DNA of 64,000 nucleotides from a bacterium (lineage in GTDB: Bacteria; Hydrothermota; Tepidihabitantia; Tepidihabitantales; Tepidihabitantaceae). Within the stretch, counting starts at the first letter, position 1; every line of letters starts with the position of its first letter. The DNA lies in contig DATJQV010000075.1 of NCBI GenBank assembly GCA_035505375.1, positions 10,673-74,672 on the forward strand, read 5' to 3'. Positions 34,945 through 44,100 of the stretch are shown here, in pieces. The notes under the pieces were generated by a model. It did not search any database, was not told the DNA's origin, and saw nothing but the letters and a program-made list of their open reading frames with translations. A program made the position numbers and the translations under genes.

Positions 34945-35041
34945 GACAAATCAGAAATCAGAAACCAGAAAAGTGAAATCGGGATCAGCAGGAGCCGGCT
35001 TTCTGGTTTCTGGTATCTGGTTTCTGGTTTCACTATTGTCC
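34945..35041. repeat. GACAAATCAGAAATCAGAAACCAGAAAAGTGAAATC ... TTCTGGTTTCTGGTATCTGGTTTCTGGTTTCACTATTGTCC element between recX and recA
   Basis: Family core with inverted arms. Confidence 0.6.
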
Positions 35042-35049
35042 GAGACCGC

Positions 35050-36126
35050 CTAGCTCTTCGCCTTTCGTGCCTTCGTGGCGTCTGCTTCGACCTCCGCGCC
35101 GGTTTCGCGCTGCACTATCTTGCTGACCTTTGGTATCTTGAGCTTTCCATAGAGCTCTGCCTCGGCCTTGGCCTGAACCTGGGCATTCTCGGTCAGGAAA
35201 TCAACCGCCGCATCCCGGCCCTGGCCGATACGCATTTCACCGTACGTGTACCAGCTACCGGACTTGCCGAACACACCCTGCTCGACGCCGATGTCAACGA
35301 GTTCTCCGGCGCGCGAGATGCCCTTGCCGTATATCAGGTCGAACTCTGCCTCGCGGAACGGCGGCGCGACCTTGTTCTTCACGACCTTCACGCGCGTGCG
35401 GCTGCCGATGACGGTTTCCTCCTTCTTGATGGCGGCGATCCGCCGAATGTCGAACCGCATCGTCGCGTAGAACTTCAACGCAAGTCCCCCGGTCGTGGTT
35501 TCGGGGTTCCCGAACATCACTCCGATCTTCTGGCGGATCTGGTTGGTGAAAATGGCGCAGGTCTTGGAGCGAGCGGCCACGCCCGAGAGCTTGCGCATCG
35601 CCTGTGACATCAGCCGCGCCTGCACCCCGACGAACGCATCGCCCATCTCGCCCTCGATTTCGGCCCGCGGCACCAGCGCCGCGACCGAGTCCACGACGAA
35701 CAGGTCGAGCCCGCCGGAGCGGGTCAGCATCTCGGCGATTTCCAGCGCCTGCTCGCCGGAGTCGGGCTGCGACACCAGCAGGTTGTCGAGGTCGACACCT
35801 AACGCCTTGGCGTAGTTCGGGTCGAGAGCGTTCTCGGCGTCGATGAACGCTGCGGTCCCGCCGAGTTTCTGGCATTGGGCAATGATGTTGAGGACGAGCG
35901 TCGTCTTGCCCGACCCCTCGGGCCCGTAGATTTCCACAATCCGTCCGCGCGGCACGCCGCCCACGCCGAGCACCGCGTCCAAGCCGATGGAGCCGGTCGG
36001 AATCGCCTCGACGCTCACCGCCGGCGTGTCCTGGCCGAGGCGCATCACCGCGCCTTTGCCGAACTGCTTCTCTATCTGCCCAAGGGCACTGCCAAGAGCC
36101 CTGATTTTCTCGTCATCTTTTGCCAT
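35050..36126 (-). CDS. recA: recombinase RecA
   Basis: Walker [11 protein letters not shown], followed by [10 protein letters not shown] and [20 protein letters not shown]. The length is 358 aa. Confidence 0.95.
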   Translation of the reverse strand: MAKDDEKIRALGSALGQIEKQFGKGAVMRLGQDTPAVSVEAIPTGSIGLDAVLGVGGVPRGRIVEIYGPEGSGKTTLVLNIIAQCQKLGGTAAFIDAENALDPNYAKALGVDLDNLLVSQPDSGEQALEIAEMLTRSGGLDLFVVDSVAALVPRAEIEGEMGDAFVGVQARLMSQAMRKLSGVAARSKTCAIFTNQIRQKIGVMFGNPETTTGGLALKFYATMRFDIRRIAAIKKEETVIGSRTRVKVVKNKVAPPFREAEFDLIYGKGISRAGELVDIGVEQGVFGKSGSWYTYGEMRIGQGRDAAVDFLTENAQVQAKAEAELYGKLKIPKVSKIVQRETGAEVEADATKARKAKS

Positions 36127-36163
36127 CTTGCCTCCTACGTTCGGGAATCATCAATGCTGGCAG

Positions 36164-36191
36164 AGTATAGATTTCGCTGTCGCCAAGTCAA
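36164..36191 (-). promoter_or_regulatory. recA promoter TTGACT-N16-TATACT (minus strand) followed by GGAGG SD 5 nt before ATG
   Basis: On the minus strand, TTGACT at 36191-36186 and TATACT at 36169-36164. GGAGG lies at 36135-36131. Confidence 0.45.
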
Positions 36192-36229
36192 GCCGACTGC
36201 CGGCCAAAGCCCGAATTGGACATTCCGCT

Positions 36230-36676
36230 TCATTCGGGTTTCAATCGAGCTTCGTGCTTCGTCATTCGAGCTTCGCCTTTGGACACGGCTTCTCGTTCAA
36301 GGTCGTACAGCCTGAATCGCGCTGCCTTGAACTTGCCGGATGAGTCCGGTTCCACGACCTTTAGAACTTCTTCGAGCACACGTGCCGACTCTTCGGCCCG
36401 CTTGAAGTTGGCGAGCAGCACATCCTCGATATTCTTCCGCTTCGTCCGGTCGAAACGGTCGCCGCGCCCGAGGTCGGTTTCACTTCGCCGGCTTGAAATG
36501 ACGCTTCTGCGCAAGACCCGCGCGTCGCGGCCGACCTGGGTTCTGAGCTTCCTGACGCCGGCGAGCAGCCGTCGGTCCTCAAGGCCGAGACGCACGACGT
36601 CCTCGACGACCCGCAGGCCTTCGGTCAGTCGGTTGAGATTGACGTCGATGATGCGGGCGGCGCGGTAATCGGTCAC
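36230..36676 (-). CDS. conserved hypothetical protein (148 aa; IIDVNLNRLTEGLRVVEDVVRL N-terminal motif)
   Basis: ORF with typical protein composition. The family is not confidently recognised. Confidence 0.5.
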   Translation of the reverse strand: MTDYRAARIIDVNLNRLTEGLRVVEDVVRLGLEDRRLLAGVRKLRTQVGRDARVLRRSVISSRRSETDLGRGDRFDRTKRKNIEDVLLANFKRAEESARVLEEVLKVVEPDSSGKFKAARFRLYDLEREAVSKGEARMTKHEARLKPE

Positions 36677-36721
36677 GCTGCCAGCTTAGGATACGCCCGG
36701 CCGGAAGTCAAGACAACGACA

Positions 36722-36746
36722 GCGGCCCGGCTTGACGCCGGGCCGC
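36722..36746 (-). terminator. GC-rich hairpin GCGGCCCGGC-TTGAC-GCCGGGCCGC downstream of the small desulforedoxin-like gene
   Basis: 10-bp perfect stem. On the minus strand it is followed by CUGUCGUUGUCUUG. Confidence 0.45.
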
Positions 36747-36761
36747 GTTTGAGTTCTCTGG

Positions 36762-36917
36762 CTAACGCTTCTTGGCTTTCTTGGTCGTCTTCGCCTTCTT
36801 GACCTTCATCTGCTCGCCGCAGCAGACCGGGCCGCAATCGGCACAGTCGCAGGCATCGCTCACGACCAGCACCAGACCGCATGAATCGCATACGTACTTG
36901 TCGCCTTTTTTCATCAT
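36762..36917 (-). CDS. desulforedoxin-like small Cys-rich protein (51 aa), missing from the ORF track because it is under 60 aa
   Basis: MMKKGDKYVCDSCGLVLVVSDACDCADCGPVCCGEQMKVKKAKTTKKAKKR contains the CxxC ... CC-GE metal-site pattern of desulforedoxin. A strong SD (AAGGAGGAT) sits immediately upstream of the ATG, and a hairpin terminator follows downstream. Confidence 0.6.
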   Translation of the reverse strand: MMKKGDKYVCDSCGLVLVVSDACDCADCGPVCCGEQMKVKKAKTTKKAKKR

Positions 36918-36959
36918 ATCCTCCTTACTCCTGAGACTCTAGGAGAGCCTTAGCGATTC

Positions 36960-37817
36960 TCAGGGCACGTAGACCCAGACGTCAAGACCGCCGGACCAGT
37001 TGGCCAGCGTGCCACCCTCGGAGATGGGCGTCAGCGGGAGGCCCACCTTGGGTCGGATGGTCAGTATTGAGATCGGCTTCCAAATCACCAGCACGTTGGC
37101 CGTGTGCTGGCTGACCTGCGTATGGGGGACCCAAGTCGCGCCCCACACGGTATTGTCACGCATGGACCCCACGAAGGCCAGTTCAGGCGTTATTGTCTTG
37201 GTTACGGAGTAGTCGAAGGTAAGGTTGTACTCGAACATGTCGCCGACTTTGGTCTGGGAGTCGGCTACGGAATCCGGGAGATAGCCGTTGTACCAATACG
37301 CTGCCCGGATGTGGGCGAGGAAATTGCCGAGCTTCTTCGTGGTCGCGGAGAAACCGAACGCGACGTCGGTCGTCCGGTCGCTCAGCGCCGGGTCCGCGGT
37401 CTTGCTCGTGGTCGGGAAGTTGGCGCCGAATATGAGCGCGGCCTTGAGCGGCTTATCCGGGTCCTGGAGCACGCCCCAGCGCGCGTACACCATCAGGTCG
37501 CCCAGCCCCTGCGACTTGAACGTATCCTTCTGCTTCATCGCCAGCGGGAACACCGCGTCGATGTCGAAGTTGTTGGCCAACCCGTACGCCAGCGTCAGGT
37601 CGCAGGAAATCGTCTTGGTCGGCACGAAACCATCCGGAGTCTCGTACTTGCCCGACGACCAGTTGTAGCTTGTCGCTGTCTGGTTGTACCCGAAGTTGGT
37701 CCAGCCGAAGAACTGGTTCTGCTTGTTCATGGTGGACGAGCGGCCGAGGAACGAAGTCGCCATCCCGGTCCCGGCCAGCACCGCCAGAGTCAGCACCATC
37801 ACCGTCAGTCTCTTCAC
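36960..37817 (-). CDS. putative outer-membrane beta-barrel protein
   Basis: Signal peptide MKRLTVMVLTLAVLAGTGMA. Alternating amphipathic beta-strand pattern with an aromatic-rich C-terminus (LDVWVYVP). Confidence 0.6.
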   Translation of the reverse strand: MKRLTVMVLTLAVLAGTGMATSFLGRSSTMNKQNQFFGWTNFGYNQTATSYNWSSGKYETPDGFVPTKTISCDLTLAYGLANNFDIDAVFPLAMKQKDTFKSQGLGDLMVYARWGVLQDPDKPLKAALIFGANFPTTSKTADPALSDRTTDVAFGFSATTKKLGNFLAHIRAAYWYNGYLPDSVADSQTKVGDMFEYNLTFDYSVTKTITPELAFVGSMRDNTVWGATWVPHTQVSQHTANVLVIWKPISILTIRPKVGLPLTPISEGGTLANWSGGLDVWVYVP

Positions 37818-37965
37818 TATCTGCCTCCTTTTAGCTTCTCGCTCAATACCCGTTCACTGCCCCCGCTCCCTGCCATTCGCCCAGTCAGCGTAGCCAAGAC
37901 AAGGGCCGAGTCAAGCGGGAAAGGATGATGTTGACCGGCGTCGAGCTTCACTCTATTCTCACCCG

Positions 37966-38712
37966 ATGAAAACGACGCTGCGCACCCGGAAGCTGGAAGA
38001 ACTGAACTGGATGGAGTTCAAACGCATCGTGCCGGAAACGACCGACGTTGTGCTTCTGCCGGTCGGCACCGTCGAAGCCCACGGCGTGACCGGGCTCGGC
38101 ACCGACAATCAGGTCCCGGCGTCAATCTGCAACCGTATCGCGGCCGACGTGAACGCGCTCATCGCGCCCGGGGTAAACTACGGCATCACCCGGTCGCTCC
38201 TGCCCTATCCCGGCTCGGTCACGGTGCTGCCCGAGACGTTCGAACGCTACGTGTTCGAGGCCGCTTCCGGACTGGCTGATGCCGGCTTTCGCAGAATCGT
38301 CATCATGAACGGCCATGGCGGCAACACCGAGGCGCTCAAAGCCGTCTCCGCCCGGCTCTACTGCGAGAAGGAGGTTTACAGCGCGGTACTCGATTGGTGG
38401 ATTCTCTGCGCCGATGAAATCAAGCGGGTCTACGGCCATGCGGGCGGGCACGCGGGCACCGACGAGACGGCGATGGTGCAGGTTGACCACCCCGAGCAAG
38501 TGAGGAAACAGGACTATCGCAAGGAGATGGCCTTCCTCACCCGGCCCGGCCTGGCTGCGACCCCATTCCCCGGTTCCATCATCCTCTACAAGCAGAACGA
38601 AGGCTATCCTGACTTCGACCCGGCAAAGGCCGAAAAGCTCATGGACGCAGTCTGCGCCAAGATTCGAGCGACCATCCTCGACGTTTTCCGCCGCTGGCAG
38701 ACCATCCGCTGA
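37966..38712 (+). CDS. creatininase-family amidohydrolase
   Basis: LLPVGTVEAHGVTGLGTDN and IVIMNGHGGN motifs of the creatinine amidohydrolase family. Confidence 0.8.
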   Translation: MKTTLRTRKLEELNWMEFKRIVPETTDVVLLPVGTVEAHGVTGLGTDNQVPASICNRIAADVNALIAPGVNYGITRSLLPYPGSVTVLPETFERYVFEAASGLADAGFRRIVIMNGHGGNTEALKAVSARLYCEKEVYSAVLDWWILCADEIKRVYGHAGGHAGTDETAMVQVDHPEQVRKQDYRKEMAFLTRPGLAATPFPGSIILYKQNEGYPDFDPAKAEKLMDAVCAKIRATILDVFRRWQTIR

Positions 38713-38879
38713 GAGCGGCCCAAAGTCGGTATCGCCTCAGTCGTCCACAGCAAACTGCCAACTGGGCAGACTGTGACATCTGGCGCTGAAAGCGCCCGTC
38801 AACGGCCACTGAAAAGCTCACCGGAAAGCGCCTCCTGCAGCAGCTCTAATCGTGAGCATCGTCGTATCTCGGGTTGTGT

Positions 38880-39215
38880 ACTGCATCTTGTCTTCGACTG
38901 TATCTTGAACTGCATCTCAACTTCCACCTTGAGCTGGATTCTCAACTGTTCCCGCCATTGGAGTTGTAGGGCAGTGGGAGGAACAATCCGGGAAGCAGCT
39001 CTCCGAGCAAACCGGAGACCAACGGTCGGAGCTACCTCGGGACCAACGAGGAGAGCAACCCGCGGAGTTAGCCGGGCCGCAACGCTCCGACCAACCCGGA
39101 GAGGAACCGGTGGAGTTACGGATAGACTAACCGGGAAAGCTAACCGGAGAGGAACCGGTAGAGCAACCCGGGGAGTTGCGGTGGAGGTTCATCCGGGAAT
39201 TACGGTGGAGATAAC
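38880..39215. repeat. third 12-nt-periodic degenerate array (units like ACCGGAGAGGAA / ACCGGTGGAGTT; proximal part TTGAACTGCATC-type)
   Basis: aaccggagacca acggtcggagct acctcgggacca acgaggagagca acccgcggagtt agccgggccgca ... accggtagagca acccggggagtt. Translation in one frame gives TRRxTGGV-type tetrapeptide repeats. Confidence 0.55.
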
Positions 39216-39426
39216 TCCCCTGTCTACTGTCTACTGAATCTACTATCCCCCGGGCGGGGGAGGTGACTTAGCGGACCATGGCCTAACGCTTCCCACCACA
39301 AGCAGATAGGCCCGAAATCCGGCCCGGCGTCTTGTAGCCAAAGACATATACAAGCCCGCCCAATCTCCAATCGACAATCTTCAACCGAGAACTTAGATTG
39401 CAGGTTGTGGATTGGCGCGGCGCGGG

Positions 39427-40476
39427 CTAGGACCGGTCGGAGGCGGGGACGCGGAGTTTGGCGCAGCGGGCCAGCGACCAGGCATACCAGTCGCAGACGT
39501 CGCCGATGCAGCGGCCGGTTGACTGGCAAAGCGGCTTGACCCGTGCCGGGTCGACCCCGATCTTCACCAGCTCGGCAATCCGTTCGAGGCTGAGTCTGGT
39601 CGCCGGCACGTCCGCCTGGGTAAGGCTGCCGTTGAGGAGCATCTGCCCCTGTTTGTGGTAGAACCACTCTTCCGCTCCGGGTGAATAGCCCTCTTCGAGC
39701 AACTTCGGGTCGTCGGCTGCGGGATCGAGACCCTTTGCCTCCCGCTCGGCCAGGCGTATCAGCTTGGCGGCTTCGCGCAGGTCCACGCCCGCCTGTTTGT
39801 TCCCGAAGATCGCGACGCTGCCGGACGCCCTCCGCTGAATGACGATTGCCGCCCGGGCCCCGAACTCCGACCGGGCGTACTTGTGGATTCCCTCCTCGTC
39901 CGAGTCGATGGTCACGATTCGCAGCCGCTTCTGCCCCATCGTGATCTCTTCGACTCTGGCCCTGGCGTCGAACTCAGGCTTGACCACGGTGAAGAAGCGC
40001 AACTGCTCCTGGTACTTGGCTTCGATGGCGACGAGCGACCATTCGATTGCCCGTTGCGGGTCGGCCGGGTACTGGCCGTGCAGCAGTTTGACCACGTAGG
40101 AGATGTCGAACGGCGAGGCGTTCCCATCGACGTCCGCGGCCTTGACGAACTTTAGTATCTTGGCAAGTGAAGGGTCGTCGCCGACGCCGAGCTCTTTGGC
40201 GACGAGGGTCGTCGCGCATTCATCCGGCTTCCGGCCTCCCTCCGCGGTCGGGTGCTCGTCGAACCGTCCGCCGCCGATGCCGAGCAGCAAGGTCCCCCGT
40301 GCCTCGTAGTCTTCCGGCTTGAGGCCGGTTTCGGCCAGTTTGCGGATGGAGGTGAAGGAAACGGCCGCCGCACCGATGCCGGGAAACCGCGTCTCGCCGA
40401 ACTTGCGGAGCAGCCAGATGGCCACGATTTCGTCGAGGTGCGGCCGCTCGTGGGTCAGGATGGTATTGAAGGCCAC
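39427..40476 (-). CDS. MYG1/UPF0160-family metal-dependent hydrolase
   Basis: N-terminal ILTHERPHLDEIVAIWLL aligns with the MYG1 signature THxGxFHxDEAxAxxLL. The length is 349 aa. Confidence 0.55.
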   Translation of the reverse strand: MAFNTILTHERPHLDEIVAIWLLRKFGETRFPGIGAAAVSFTSIRKLAETGLKPEDYEARGTLLLGIGGGRFDEHPTAEGGRKPDECATTLVAKELGVGDDPSLAKILKFVKAADVDGNASPFDISYVVKLLHGQYPADPQRAIEWSLVAIEAKYQEQLRFFTVVKPEFDARARVEEITMGQKRLRIVTIDSDEEGIHKYARSEFGARAAIVIQRRASGSVAIFGNKQAGVDLREAAKLIRLAEREAKGLDPAADDPKLLEEGYSPGAEEWFYHKQGQMLLNGSLTQADVPATRLSLERIAELVKIGVDPARVKPLCQSTGRCIGDVCDWYAWSLARCAKLRVPASDRS

Positions 40477-40675
40477 TTCGTGCCAGAGTAGCGGAAAGAA
40501 GACGGGGGGTCAAGGAGACGGACGAGCGAAGTAAGAAGCTAGAGGTCAGAAGTGCCGGAGAGAAAGTCGAGATTCTGCATTCTGCGCCCCGATTTCTGCC
40601 TTCTGACTTCGGCTGGCCTGAAGACAGTACGGGCGGGCCTTCGCCCGCCCTGTGTCAGACCGAGCCTCTGTCCGG

Positions 40676-41038
40676 CTAGCCGCGGTCGCCGCCGCGGCCG
40701 TGTTCATGCCCGCCGTCTCGCGGCCCTTGCCAACCGTGGCGGTCCGGGTGGCGCTGGTCGTTTCTATCCCAGCCTTCGTGACGGCCAAACCACCAGCCCC
40801 AGCGCCAGCCGAGGCCGCGATTCTCTCTATCCCAGTGCTGGGGCGGCCGGGCGTGCTCGCACGGGCGCTCCATCCGCATCTCATGCTGGTGATGCCCCAT
40901 CTCCAACCAGACCAGAACCGGACCCCAGAACCAGGCGTGACGACGTTCCATCCGCCGCTCGTGCCGCGCCGTACTCGCGTAGGTCGCGCTCGACAGGAAC
41001 AGCAGCAGTGCTGCCACGGCAAGGATGCTTCGCTTCAT
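40676..41038 (-). CDS. small secreted His/Arg/Trp-rich protein (possible periplasmic metal-binding or stress protein)
   Basis: Signal peptide MKRSILAVAALLLFLSSATYAST. The mature part is rich in H, R, W, E and G (HERRMERRHAWFW...HHQHEMRMERP...GGHEHGRGGDRG). Confidence 0.45.
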   Translation of the reverse strand: MKRSILAVAALLLFLSSATYASTARHERRMERRHAWFWGPVLVWLEMGHHQHEMRMERPCEHARPPQHWDRENRGLGWRWGWWFGRHEGWDRNDQRHPDRHGWQGPRDGGHEHGRGGDRG

Positions 41039-41113
41039 GCTATCTCCTTTTGGACGGTTGCCATACGACCATATCTACCGAGGGATGGCCGATTCTATTC
41101 CGGTGAGGAGATA

Positions 41114-44100
41114 CTACGCGGGGAGAACGATGGCCGAGGTCGAGTACTCCGGGACCATCTGGAATCCGTCGCTGAGCGTAATCCCGATGCGCTCGGGCCG
41201 GAGCAGGGCGAATACCTTCTGTTGTTCCGAGAGGTCCGGCCAGACCGGGTAGCCCGGGCTGAAGCGAGCGGTCTTTTGCCAGCCCGGTAGTTTCGGCAAC
41301 CGGCGCTGGCTGAATTCCGCCAGGGCCTCGGTCAGTTCGGCGCTCAGGCCGTGCAGGAGAAACTGGTCGTGAACCCGGCCCTGTTCGGCCAGCCTGCGAC
41401 CTTCTGCAGCCGCCTGGGCGCCGGTCGACACAACCTGGAGCGCGACGTGGATACGTGCCGTCCCGTGGCGGCGTTGCAGGCGGCGCGCAAAGGCGGGTGC
41501 AAACCGCAACCGAGTCAGTTCCTGCCCGGTCCCGGGATGAAGGACACGCAACTCGCTGCCGCTGACCTCGGCGGCGAACAGGCCGTAGACAATTGCTCCG
41601 TGCCACAGCACTCGCCGTTGCGCGGTGGCGAGCAGTTGGTCGAGCGTGTACTCGGCATCACGCCAGGCCACCCGGTCCGCTTTGGGCCCGAGCATGCGCC
41701 AGCGTTTCCGAAACAGCGCGTCAAGGTCGAGCAGCGGCGCATAGTTGCGGATTTCGACGTGGACCAGCTTGGTCAGGGCGCGCGCGTAGGCGCCGGATAT
41801 GCGGGGCAGGTTCCTTGCCACCGGCGCTGACGCGTCCGGACTTGTGGAGGCAGGGACCTCTTTGTGTGTCGCGACTTGCGCCTGCTGGACGGCGTCCGTC
41901 CCTTGACTACCGTCTCGGCCACAAATGGCCTGCATGATGCTCAGGCCCTGGATCGCGTCTTTCGCGTAGTACACCTTACCCGGGTACGCCGGCCGCAGCT
42001 CGCGGTCGACGTAGGCGCGGTTCAGGGCCGCGCCGCCGCAAATCACCGGCGTCGAGAGGCCGGCCCCGGCAAAGACTTCCACGTACTCCCTCATGGCGCG
42101 CGCGGATTCGACCAGCAGCCCGGAGAGGCCGATGGCGTCCGGCCGGTGTTCGCGCGCCGCCGCCAGGATATCTTCCGGCGTCTGCCGCACACCGAGGTTT
42201 ACTACCTTGAATCCATTGCTGGACAGGATCATGTCCACAAGGTTCTTGCCGATGTCGTGCACGTCGCCGCGAACCGTCGCGATCAGCAACGTACCGCGTC
42301 CCTTGTCGCCACCCGCCGGCAGGTGCGACTTCAGGATATCGAACGCCGCCCGCACCGCCTCCGCCGACCTGAGCACGAACGGCAACTGCATTTCGCCGGA
42401 CTCGAACCTTCGACCCACCTCGGCCATTGCCGGCAACAACTGCTTTGAAATGACTTCGGTTGCGGGCGTGGTCTTGAGCAGCTCGGCGATGGCGGCAGCG
42501 ATCCCGGCGCGGTCTCCGGCGAGCACGCAGGCCTGTGCCGATAGCGGAGCGTGCGCACTGGACGGTACCCGACGACCGGTGCTCGGCGGCTGGCCCAGGG
42601 CGAGCAACGCTTCGAGGGGCGTTCCCTGCCCGCGTCGGCGGTTGAAGATCACGTCCTCGCAACGCCTGACCGTTTCGGCGTCAAGCGAAGACAGGGGCGC
42701 GATTCCCCCGGCGTGAACGATGGCTGCGTCAAGCCCGTGTGCGACCGCCTGGTGCAGGAAGACGCTGTTCAGCGCCCGGCGCAGCCCCGGCGCGAGGCCG
42801 TAGGAGATATTGCTGATTCCGAGCAGAGTCAAACTCTTGGGGAAACGGCGGCGGGCTTCCCGAATCGCCTTCAAGGTCTCGGCGCCGGCCTCGCGCAGCG
42901 ACTCGTCCCCGCTGGCAAGCGTGAAGGTCAGAAAGTCGAAGAAGACGTCCTGCGGGGCAAGGCCGCCGCGCCGGACCGCCAGGTCGTACAGCCGCCCTGC
43001 GACCTCGAGCTTTCGTCCGCAGGTCATCGCCATGCCCTGGTCGTCGATCGTCATCAGCACGAGCGCGGCCCCCATTCGGCGACAGAGACCTACTGTCTTC
43101 CCGGCCCTTTGCGGGTCTTCGAGGTTGACCGAGTTGACGATGCAGCGCCCGGCCAGGCGCTCAAGCGCCGCCTCCACTGCTTCGTAACGGGTGGAGTCAA
43201 CCATCACCGGGAGGTCGACGTGCGAGTTCAGGCGAACCGCAAGCTCCTTCATGTCTGCCACCTCGTCCCCGCCCGCAGCCGCGACTGAGAGGTCCATGAC
43301 CTGCGCGCCATCGGATTTCTGTTCCTGCGCCACCGCGACCATGCCGTCGAAATCGCGGGCCAGCAGTCGTTCGCGGAACCGCTTGCTGCCGCTCGCGTTC
43401 GTCCGCTCGCCGACGAAGAGCGGGCGCGGTTCAACCTTCAGGTCCTGGGCGCTGAAGAGTGACGAGACGCGCGGTGCCGGGTCAGCCGGCTTGAGCGGCG
43501 CGACACCGTCAAGGGCAGCTCGAAGCTGTCGGATGTGCTCAGGCGTGGTCCCGCAGCAACCGCCGGCGATGGCGAGGCCCGGCCCTTCCGCAAGCCGCTT
43601 CATCTGCTCGGAAAACTCCTCAGGCGAGAGGTCGTAGACCGCCTTCCCGGCCTCGATTCGCGGCAGACCGGCGTTAGGCATGGCCGATAGTAGCTTCGAC
43701 GAGTGGCCGGCGAGGTAGCGCACGGCTGCCGCCATGCCTGCCGGGCCAAGACTGCAGTTAACCCCGATCGCAGTGACCGGGTATGGTTCGATTGCCGCAA
43801 GCACGGAGGCAATGTCGGAACCGGTCAGCGTCCGGCCGTGCTCATTCAAGGTGACCTGGGCTATGACCGGGACGCTGCGAGCAGCCGACGCAAAGGCACC
43901 GAGCACGGCTGCCAGCGCCGCCTTCAGCTGCAACAGGTCCTGGCTGGTCTCAAGTATCAGGCAGTCGACACCACCCGCGAGCAGTCCGTCGATCTGCGGC
44001 CGGAAGCTCGACAACAACTCGGCAAATGTGATCTGCCCGAGGCTGGGCAGCTTCGAGCCCGGGCCGACCGAGCCGGCCACGAACCGCGGTTCGGACGGCG

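Noticed and set aside
34504-35607. 367-aa plus-strand ORF
   Set aside because: It is antisense to recX and recA and spans a repeat element.
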